Source: Antedon mediterranea (taxonomy: Eukaryota > Animalia > Echinodermata). Taken from it: a stretch of 64,000 bases of DNA. The notes under the pieces were generated by a model. The model was not told the origin of the DNA, did not search any database, and saw only the letters and a list, made by a program, of their open reading frames with translations. The DNA lies in assembly GCF_964355755.1 (NCBI RefSeq), contig NC_092673.1, forward strand, positions 18,659,648 through 18,723,647. The letters are read 5' to 3'. Position numbers and translations under genes: made by a program. Shown here in pieces: positions 44,101 through 56,100 of the stretch; position 1 is the first letter of the stretch, and every line of letters starts with the position of its first letter.

Positions 44101-47100
44101 CCGAGCCTAGGTAAGAAAAAACCTAAATAAAGGACGCCGTTGTAGATATAACAAAATATATTATTACAATAAGATTGATTCCGGGATTGATTACAATATA
44201 AAAAAAACATTGTTTTGATGAAATATAAGGTGCGTCTTATACATCGACGATACAAAAAACACCGTGGTTAGGATTCCGGCACCGGAACCCAACTGCCCAG
44301 CGTTAGGGAATCCGACACGCTATTGCGCATGCCCAGAGCGAGGTAATCGGCGACTCTATACTATACCAATTCTTTGACTATACAGCGATGGATCATTTCA
44401 TAGCTACGCCACACGGCGAACTAGCCTAGATGCCTACTAATGCGGGATCCACTAATCTAGGCTAGGGCTACCAGTTAGACGTGACCAGTGGGCCTATTTA
44501 TTTTGTAATTAAAAAATGGTTGCTTCATTCATATATAAACTTTTCATATCATTATGAATTATATAATTACATGACTAGTTTTATGATTTTTCATAACGCA
44601 TTTAATATACTGTACATAACATGCAATCACAAGTTGATTTGTTGACGGCAGCCACCGCGTGGATGTGAAAAAACTGTTCGGGAATTCGGGGTCGCAACGT
44701 TAAAAACAGCATTACGATTCTTAGATAGATACTGATTCTTATTAATATCATTATAATTATTTTAACGCGTGGCGTAGTCGTATTTTAATTATTAATTCAT
44801 GTATGGCATAGGCCAAGTTTCATCCATCTCTCGCTCGCGCAACGACTCGACTATCTAGGCTACAGTAAATCCCTATAACACTCCGACTCTAGGTGTTGTG
44901 GTGTGTGGCACTATTAGTGCAAGCTATAATTCACTTCCCAGAGCTCTGGGCATGAGCAATATCGTGTCGGATTCCCTAACGGTGGGCAGTTGAGTTCCGG
45001 TGCCGGAATCCTAACCACGGCGTACAAAAAATACCGATATTTTACTCTCAGTTAGGGGGTGCGTCTTATACACAGGTGCGACTTATACACCGAAATATAC
45101 GGTAGGTGTTAAAAATTAGTACCGAAAGTATGTACCAACTTTCTCTTCCATTGAGTAAAAATTCTAGAAGTTGCACTTAATTTACTGAAATTTCCCATTA
45201 CCTAAATTTATATGTAAATTCATTTAACTGCTTATTGGCCTCATACATTATGTTAACATCTAAACATTTGTTTGTACAATTTTATGAAATATGTATTTTA
45301 TTAATGTCAAAATTTTGTGATTTGATATTGTACAGTAAGTAGATTTTAATGATTACTTACATTAAGTAATAGGCTAACAATCACTAGATCTGATCCATGG
45401 TAATATATTATATTTTGTTTTCATTTATCGATAATGATATTTAGGATTTTATCACATTATTTAGCAGTAATTGTTGTTGTTTGTATTAACAAAAAATACC
45501 AATTTCACATAATGTCTGTTGTCAGTATTTATAAACTTCATTATGATTCCTTTCCAGTCTGGTGACACTCTATTACATTCATATCTGGGGCGTGGAGACC
45601 CTACCTTAGAAATAGTGACGTGTCTCATTCAGCATGGGGTACCAGTAGCATTGCAAAATAAGGTAAATGTACAGGGATTTGCTAGTGTAATAGGCTAACA
45701 TTATATAGATCTGCTGAAGTAAACCATTTAATGAGAGAAAAAAGTAAACACATTAACAAAAATCAAATTTGATTAAAACAAACCAAATAAAAATAATAAC
45801 TAAATAGTTATATATGATTTATGATAACTGATTTAAAGTGTACAGTTATCATATAACATAAATCTTTAATTTTCTAAATGAACAAAAAAATCTATTTTTA
45901 AAATATATTCAGTTATTAATTAACAATTATTGACAATGGTCTAATTAATTGTAAATATGAAATAAATGCGATAACTACTAAACAACTAAAAATGTTTATT
46001 AAAAAAATTAATACAATCTGATTTTAATAAAAAATAATTATTAATTAAAAACCTGCTCCCTCCCTTACCTTACAAAAAATGCTTCTGTCAGACTATCCTG
46101 CTAATTATGAAAATGGCCTTAAAGAAATCCTTTTCCAACCTAGGATCTTTTTGTGCAAACATTTTGCCACAAAATGAAGAGAAATGTAAACAATGTTTTG
46201 TTAGTTTTCAAAATCTAAATTGTTTGAGTAATGCAATTTAAAAAAGAAAGGTAATATGAAATTATTCTTTTCAAACTGAATGCTTTTAAGAAAAGTTCCG
46301 TCTCTTATCTTATGACTTTTTTGGAAAAATGATTTCTCGTTAAAATATAATATACTAGTAAGTGCTCACAGATGCTTTTTGAATACATGAACTTTGGTAA
46401 ATAACTGAAAATTGCACTGTACACAAGGCAAATAAATACAGATATGATGGAATTTATGTAGTCAAATATAATTGTCATCTTGAGAATCTATATATAAATT
46501 TACGTAAGGGCAAAATTCGGTAAATCGCGCCTTACTTCTAGAATTTTTACTCGATGGTATATAAAGTTGGTTCGTACTTTCGGTACTGATTTTAACCACC
46601 TGATGTAACCCTGTTTACTAATTAAATTAAGTTAGATAATTAGTTATTGACGATTAAAACGAATTTAGGTTCAACGATTTGCCCCAAATAGGGGTGTTTT
46701 CCGATCGTGGTATACACTGTCTAATGGATGTCCATCTTGAAAAATACCCGCCACAAAAATGCGAGGAGGCTTCGCATTTTCCTATCTCCTCCTACGATAA
46801 TTTTTTTTAATAGCTGAAAACTGGTTGAACAGCTAGAGTACAGCATCATAATGTTGAAGACGGGCCGATTTTCTTTAAAAAATACTATTTTGATAGATTT
46901 AATATACGATTATACAAATGTATTGATTTGCGATGAATGGAACATCCCAATCTCTCAGTCTGCCAGAGTTTGGTTTAACACAAGTAGGTAGATTTATGAG
47001 CCCTTGGTTTAACACATACGGTAGGTAAATATATGGGCCCTTTGAGAATAAACTTGAGCAATACTGTAAATACCTATTAACTATTTTTTTTCTTTTTTTT

Positions 47101-50100
47101 TCTTACTGTGAATGTTCGTACTGTTGGATGTAATATAAAAATATATACAAATAAACGTTATTACTGAGATTGTGGATAGGCTCTACTGTTAGATATATAA
47201 ACACATTATTATATACACATAAACTTTATACTGACAGTTCTTTCTCAACGTTTGTATTAATTAATAATTACCAACAATATAAACGTCGTAGTGGTGTATC
47301 GTGACATGTACTTTAATATTTCAATCGATTATGACAGTGACAGTTTTAACAAGGTATTAAATCGCAAATGTTTTACTGTATTTAGAGGTATATTATTTAT
47401 AGGCGTATAAAACATGAAAAAAATATTTCGTTACTGAGTGGATAAAGAATATATTTAAAAATTGTTCCTCTTTGCACCTATCCGCTTTCCCATCCCTCAA
47501 CCCTAATGTTACATAAAAAACACAAATTGGGTTTCTTTAAATGAGTCCAAATCAAAAATTTGGACTCATTTTGTGATAAGTTTCTCCTTCGGAAGTAATT
47601 CCCAGGGTGCTAATTTTAGTTGACTACATAAATCATTGTGTCTATTTATACGTTTCTGTATACGACAATTATAGTATATTATAGTCCTGCGGAACGTACT
47701 TTGAAATCGCCAGTTTTGTTACGCTGAAGTTTCTGTGTATTCGAGAACCATCTGTACCATCTAGTTACCTTAATTTTGTTTATTATATGGTATTGTTCAC
47801 CAGTTCCTGTCTTGGTACATTTGATGATGGGATGGTATAAGGCTTCATGATATGATATGATCTTCATCGAGGCAAATGATAAATTTGTTTTGATCGTCAA
47901 TATAGTACACTGGTTTTCATTAGGTGTTAAAAATTAGTACCGAAAGTATGTACCAACTTTCTCTACCATTGGGTAAAAATTATAGAAGTTGCACTTAATT
48001 TACTGAAATTTAATTCCCATTACGTAAATTTATATATAAATTCATTAAACTGCTTATTGGCCTCATATTTTTAATATCTGAACATTTGTTTGTACAATTT
48101 TATGCAATATGTATTTTATAACGTTCAAATTTTGTGATTGATATTGTACAGTAATTAGATTTTGATGATTACTTACATAAGTAATAGGCTAACAATCACT
48201 AGATCTGATCCATGGTAATATATTATATTTTGTTTTCATTTATCAATAATGATAATTAGGATTTTATCACTTTATTTAGCAGTAATTGTTGTTGTTTGTA
48301 TTAACATAAAAAACAATTTCACATAATGTCTGTTGTCAGTATTTATAAACTTCATTATGATTCCTTTCCAGAATGGTGACACTCTATTACATTTATATGT
48401 GAGGAGTTTTCATTGGGTGTTAAAAATCAGTACCGAAAGTATTTACCAACTTTCTCTACCATTGAGTAAAAAATTCTAGAAGTTGCACTTAATTTACTGA
48501 AATTTCCCATTGCCTAAAATTCATTAAACTGTTTATTGGCCTCATATTTTTATTTGCTGAACATTTGTTTGTACAATTTTATGAAATATGTATTTTATTA
48601 ATGTTCAAATTTTGTGATTGATATTGTACAGTAAGTAGATTTTAATGATTACTTACATTAAGTAAATAACAATCACTAGATCTGCTCAATGCTAAGATAT
48701 TCTATTTTGTTCTCATTTATCAATAGTCGACAATTATGATTATTGACCACATTATTTAGCAGTAATTTTTGCTATGGTTTGGGTTGACAAAGAAAACCCA
48801 AATTCACATAATGTTTGTTGTCAGTATTATACACCAGCAACATTGCAAATAAGGTAATGTACAGGGATTATACAGGGATATTTCATTTGTTTCTGGATAG
48901 TATCCAAATATTATTTGCTTTGAAAGTTTATATTAAAACTATTTGTTGTTTTATATTATGGCTCAAACATTTTAACACATCTACCTACTGTTCCAAAGTA
49001 AACTTTTATTCAATTTATCTCTCTCTCTCTCTTCCATCTTTCAATGTTGAAGGAGGTAGGCTTAAACAGTAACACTCAAGTTTTTGTTTGGATACAGGAG
49101 TTATAATTGGCGCACTGTACAAGTTGATGTCATTTATTGGCAAATAGTAATTTCTATTCACGTCCTAATTTATGTTAAAAAATAGTAAATCTATGTGTTA
49201 TCACGTGATGCTCTTTCATCCAATCTCTAGATGGTAAATGTTTGAGCCATGACATAATACTGTATGTATGTGATGCGTAATTAAAGTGTGTTATATTGTA
49301 TATCAATAATTTCTCAAAACTACTAATAACTAAACCCATTTTTTTAATAGGATGGAAATACACCTGTCTCAGTTTTAGAAAATAACGGGTGGATAAGGGA
49401 CCAGGGTAAAACTGAAATTTTAAACTTCTTTAAAAGTAAGTGAAATTTTAATTATTAAAATTTTGGAATCAACTAGTTTTCATTACAAACGATAAAGATT
49501 TGATTTCTTGTCCCAAATGAAGAAGAATGCCCATATCAAAACTAGAAAATTAGCATTTATGATATCATTCACATGTTCAGATGGCAATAGATTAAATAAT
49601 CCACTGGGATTGTAGTATACATGGAAGTTGTGATATGTTGCAAGATGTAAAAACCTTATTTTTTATGATTTGAAAATTGCAAATAAATTAGGAAAATTAT
49701 TTTGCCATTACGATAAAAATACACAAAAATGCAAACTTTAAAATTCCTTTGAATTAACAATATTGAATAAATTAGGCCACACTTTTTTTTTTATGGAACG
49801 TCATTTTTCACATCAAATCAATCTCTTTATTCATCAATACATCAAAACAATTATACATAAACAAAATAAAGATGTGAAGATGAAAGGGACCTCCAAGAAA
49901 CCCAAAGGGACTTGTGATAAAAGGCCCACTATAAGCTAGTTACAAAAAAGACATACAAAAAATAAATTAATAAAATTAATAAAAAATCCAGTATAGACAA
50001 ATACACGGGATGCGCATTGTTAAGGAATATTTGAACTTTATTAATTGCATATAAATGTAAATGTATATTTTTTTTTTAATGTAATCTATTTTATATATAC

Positions 50101-53100
50101 CGTAATGGTAATATTTAAAATATGTATTCGCAATCGAGGCAAACAATTTACGATAGGAGGAGATAAATATTGAATTTAACAAGGCCATATAGATGGCTGC
50201 AGTCGCTTGCTCAAGTTAGTGTTTACCAACCGACCGACATTGTGAGTTGTAGAGTGGCGTTGCACATGACTAAAAATCTAATTTTCTTGTTAATCCCATT
50301 TTTTGTTTCCACAATGAATGAATTTTCTTCACATACTTTTAAGCCAGATTAAGAATACTATTTCTCTGTATGTAAAATTAAGCATCATACATAATGTATT
50401 TTACCTTGGCTCCTATAATTGTATTATCTTACGACTTACCTCCCATGCAAATAGGCACAAAATAATAAGTAATATTTGAGCATAAACGCTTAAATTATTG
50501 TAAAAGTTGTTATAAATTAATGAGCTTTCAGTAGAGTACTTACACACAGAATAATAGAATATAAAGTTTTATACTTATAAGGTTTCCTTCCACACATACT
50601 ATGTTTTATTAATTATTATCTTACATGTTTATATAATTATTATTATATGTATTTTTAATATGTGTGGAGAATATTTATTCAATATCTATTGAATATTGCA
50701 TAAACAAATTGAATTGAATTGCAAATATTTATCCTTGGCTTGGTGTAGGCCTACTAAAAAAGGTTGAGAATACAGAACCAAAACTGATAGTAATGTATGA
50801 CAAAGTGAACAAACTTTTATAGTCTAAGGAACTTTCTTAGCCAATACATACAAGATTAAACCATTAGGTAAGAGTTCAAAATCTATTTCAAAGACCCATC
50901 CCTATAATTTTCGACTTTTTGTAAAAATAATGCAATATTACTTTAAAAACATTAAAACAGGTTATTCCTTGTCTTAGATGTACGTTTTATGGTAAATTAT
51001 GATAAAATGAAAGAAACAATGCACTACCTAAGTAGCTCGCAGTTTATTTATTATTATAAAGTTGATTAAAATCATTAATAAACTTATATTAGTTTTCAAC
51101 TTTCTGATCGTACCAGACGTAGCCATAGCCAGTGGAACAAAGCAAATCATTAACTTGTTTAGCCCAACAATGTTCATTTCTATTAGTTTTTCTTAGTTGA
51201 AACATGTAACGTTTAAAAGGAAATCTATTTTGATCCATTTCAATGATTTGTAACCAATAATGAATAATAGAAATAAAGCAATCAATGTTTAAGGATAGTC
51301 TGCCTAATTCTGATTTGACAGCCACGCTGGATGCGCTGTTTCCAATGCCTAAAATAAATCTTGAAAAACGTGTCCGTAAATGATCAATTGGTGATAAATT
51401 CGAAAATCCCCATGTCTCCCGTAAATTAAAATTGGTAAAACTTTGTCAAAAATGTGTTTCCATATATTCTCTGGTAGGTATTTTGTTTTGCTATTAATTG
51501 ATTGTAAATAGTTACCATACGTTGTTTGCTTTTTGACAATTGTGTTCAATTGTGTTATTCCACTGACCATTTGAATTGAAAACCACTTCCAAGTAAGTAT
51601 ACGATTTAACAACTTCCATTTTAATGTTTATGTAATACCATTTTTCATATTTCCTTAATTTTTCACCTTTTTTAAATACCATTATTTTTTATTTGTTTAC
51701 ATTTACACTAAGACCCCATATGTCACAAAATATTTCCAATATAATTATTAAATTTTGTAAGCCTTTACTGTGTCTGCAAATAGTAATAAATCAGCAGCAT
51801 ATAGCAGATGGTTTATAAAGCAATCCGGCTCGAGTTATCTTTATTGTGTTTTGACAAACAGGTATAAAAACAAAATTGATTTCTGGTCATAAAACAGAAT
51901 ATAAATAAAAACATTCAAAAAGTTCAAAGCATATTGAAAACTTACGATAGATGTTTTTAATCGCATTTCCTACTGCCTCATTCTGAATCATACCAGTTAT
52001 TCATTTCAGAATTACTTTATTTGCACTTTACCCATTGAAACCATGCTAATCAACCATATGTTGCTATAATTTCAACGATTTAGATTCAGGATCGCTGTCA
52101 AAAAATGTTGCATTTACGTCTATATGTTTGGATGAGTTTGAGTTCCACAATTTTTTTTGGACATAATTTAAATTAATAACTGTAGTTGTTAACTGTATAC
52201 ATTGTAGTTAAAAATATACATTATTATTATAGTATATTTAGAATGAATGATTGCTTGTACACAGTCACCCACAAGTGTTTGTAAGGCTTTGTATCACACA
52301 GAGCCTTATATAACCTTATACCATTGAAAAAAAAAAGCTATGACTTTTAATATAGTGTTTTTTATGAAAATATATAATATGTAATATTTTTGTTTTGTGC
52401 ATTTTTTTAGATTTACCAAGTACTGTTGATGAGCAATTTCAAACACAATTTCAGAAACAGACAAGTGACGAACAGAAAACAAAACTTCTTAAGCCAGAGA
52501 GTGGTAAGTTTAAGAATAAGAGCTGCTGTATGTTTTATGATTGTATCTATATATAATTTAACAGAATTGTGATTAAAATGGGATTTCAGTAAAGAGAGAA
52601 TTAGACGCTAATGTTATTTAAAAAATCATTTCTGAGCAGTACTGTAAAAAGGCGAAAAAGGGTGCAACTGATAACAAATAACAAATGGAGAGATTTTATT
52701 TATCATAAATAACAGTTGATTGTTTCCATTTAAAATACTGTAATAATGGAATGAAGCTAGTTTGCAGATTTATGTGGCATGCTTGCTTGATTTTTGCTTG
52801 ATTGTTGATTTTTAGGTTATAATTATGCATTATCATGCGATCACGCGATCTACGCGCGATTTAACGAAATCACGTTTGTAATCGTATCTTCACAAGCATG
52901 AATCACTTTTAAACAAAATTTGGTACTCATAAATTTCAGGTCATTATTTCATCATATGACAATACAATTACGTGCGTAGCGCATATAACGCATGCGTACG
53001 CGCGCTTAAAATTTCCAAAATCGTCAACATTTATTTTCAATGAAATTAGAGTACGTTTCGGGCAATTTTAAGCGTTTAAAAAATTGCCATGAGTGCGCAG

Positions 53101-56100
53101 ATTCTTGCACGCGCACTGCTTGTTAAACGTTAATGCGCACTTTTTTTTGTCCGATTTCTGTTGTACAACCTTTCTTTATATAATATCATCATATTTTATT
53201 CACTTTTCAACTCGAATTTGCGTTTTCTTACGAGCATGTCAAAAGTGACAGGCTACGCACGTGTAAGTTAACAAAATGGTGAAAATATGCTAAATTTAAA
53301 AAATAATATAGATCGTAAGAATGCTCGGGAACACATATTTTTTATTTCATTTTCTTGAAGTGTATGTATCATATGTATGATTTATTATGAAATTAAGAGT
53401 ACAAAAGTTGATAAAGTCATCATTAATTGCATTTTAAATTAAAAAAAATTTATTTCGACAATCAAAAATTTATGACATTTTCTTAGGCCGAAATAACAAA
53501 CTTTAACTTTCTTCCTTCAAAATAAAAGTTCATATATTAAAGTTAAAAGTATATAGAATACAATGTGGTTAATGATATTATACGCAGAGGGATCTTTAAT
53601 CGGATTGTGATACCGGCTATTGTATTCGCGTTAGCAAGATCCTATATTATAAATAATTAAAGATTCTGAGAAAATCAATCAATCAATATATCTTTTAAAA
53701 ATCAATTATCTTTATTTAAATCAATGCATATAACCTAATTCTAGTTTTTTTTTACTTTATTTACTCCAGATGTTTAAAAAATCTATTAAAATCTTGATTC
53801 AATTTTCAGATATTGCTGCACGTGAATTAGATTTTCAGAAAGCATACAATGAAGCCTTGAAAGATGGATCCGTTCCAGTCAATCTTGGAATGCTTAAAGT
53901 GATTGGGCAAGAAGGAGTGGGTAAAACATGCCTCATCAATGCATGTCTTGGAAAAGAGTAAGTAGTAGTAGTAGGACAGTGAAATGAACATTACAAAATA
54001 TTTGTGAGTCAACTAAGAATTACAAGCCAGCCAACTTTATTGATTTGTTTTTGATAAACTACCACTTTTTAAATATTGCAGTGATAGATAACAATAGTTG
54101 AATAAAAACGTCTATAAATATATAAATCGGTTTCTACAATAATCATAACACCATCAAATTTTCTATTGATTATAGAATTTACTTTTAGGCTTGTATTTAA
54201 AAAAAAGATCATACGAATGGTCGGATAACTTGACTTCCTAAATGTATAATTAATGAATATATTAAAATGGTTTTGAAGTAAAAGGAGAAAAGTGCATGTT
54301 TTACAATACCTGTACTTAAAATGACTGAAGTTCATAATTGGTTTCAAATATTTTTGCCAGATTTGAGGAAAAGCATGTAGTTACAGATGGCATAGCGGTA
54401 ATAAGAACAGCAAGCACAACATGGACAGAGGCTAAAGCTGATAGTGGTAAACATGAATACATTTAGCATATTACTCTTCCCACCATCATACGTTATGTAA
54501 CAATATTATCAATAATAATTATTATCATAGACACAGACAAGTTCACAATGAAATGGAGACATAGAATTGAATTCAATGCATACAACTGTAGTATGGTGTC
54601 ACATTTTCACAATTGTTACTCTATGATCCCTTTATAACGCGCAAGTTACTGTATGTTACATTTTATGATGATGTACTGTAATTGTAATTTTACATTGACA
54701 GTGGTAAAATATCCAAAGTATAGTCACATATGAACGTATCTACTGAAATAATATGTACACACTTTCTCTTTCTCTACAGGTAATACAATACAACAGTATA
54801 CAAAAATGGTCACTGACAAATTGAGAAAAAAGAAAACTGTAAACGTATGTCAGTAATAGTGTAATGAAAACGGGTCTAGGACAACTACCCCCTGGACAGC
54901 TACCACCCGGACAATAACCCCCTGGACAATCACCCTCCTAGGACAACTACCCTCTTAGGACAATTACCCTCTTAGGACAATTACCCCTAGGACAACTACC
55001 CCCTAGGACAACTACTAACTTCAAAACATAGGGAGAGAGATTGATCTTAAATGAAAGACTGTTTGATTGACTGGTGCAGCTAGGAAAACTGTATGTTCCT
55101 AGATTTATATACGGCATCTTCATGTCACACAAGAATAAAATAAGCCACCCCTTTATTTTTCAAGATTGGAATACATTTTAATAATTTTATCAATTCTCGT
55201 TTAATGTAAAATAACTGCTGACGATACGCATATTAAAAAATTCAAAAGCTTTCATATAAGATCAATCTCTCTCCCTCTGTTTTGAAGTTCAGTAAGTTTT
55301 ACAAGATCGTAATTATAACCTACGGTGTAGGTGTCATGATATAGGTGTGGCTGTTCAGAGGGTGTTGTTTTCCTAGGGGAATAGCAGTTGGATTAGAGGG
55401 TAGTTGTCCTAGTAGGGTAGTTGTCCTAGGGGGTAGTTGTCCTAGGGGGTAGTTGTCCTAGGGGGTAGTTGTCCTAGGGGGTAGTTGTCCTAGGGGGTAG
55501 TTGTCCTAGGTGGGAGTTGTCCTAGGTGGGAGTTGTCCTAGGTGGGAGTTGTCCTAGGGGGTAGTTGTCCTAGGGGGTAGTTGTCCTAGGGGGTAGTTGT
55601 CCTAGGGGGTAGTTGTACTAGGGGGTAGTTGTACTAGGGGGTAGTTGTACTAGGGGGTAGTTGTCCGGGTGGGAGTTGTCCTAAGGGGTAATTGTCCGGA
55701 TGGTAGTTGTCCTAGGGGGTAATTGTCCGGACTTTAGTTGTCCTAGAGGGATCATTGTCCGGGTGTTAGTTGTCCGGTTGTTAGTTGTCCGGGTGGTAAT
55801 TGTCCGGGTGTTAGTTGTCCGGGTGGTAATTGTCCGGGTGGTAATTGTCCGGGTGGTAATTGTCCGGGTGGTAATTGTCCGGGTGGTAATTGTCCGGGGG
55901 TAGTTGTCCTAGGGTGGTAGTTGTCCGGGCGGTAGTTGTCCAGGGGATAGTTGTCCTAGGGGGTAGTTGTCCTAGGGGGTAGTTGTCCGGGTGGGAGTTG
56001 TCCTAAGGGGTAATTGTCCGGATGGTAGTTGTCCTAGGGGGTAGTTGTCCTAGGGGGTAGTTGTCCTAGGGGGTAGTTGTCCTAGGGGGTAGTTGTCCTA

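Larger units (their letters stand above)
24935..48870 (+). repeat. Tandem array of ~1.55-kb exon+intron units (9 intact ankyrin exons, 2 decayed)
   Basis: Intron sequence recurs around each exon; insertion-free exon spacing 37738>39272>40833>42381 (1534, 1561, 1548 bp). Confidence 0.95.
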
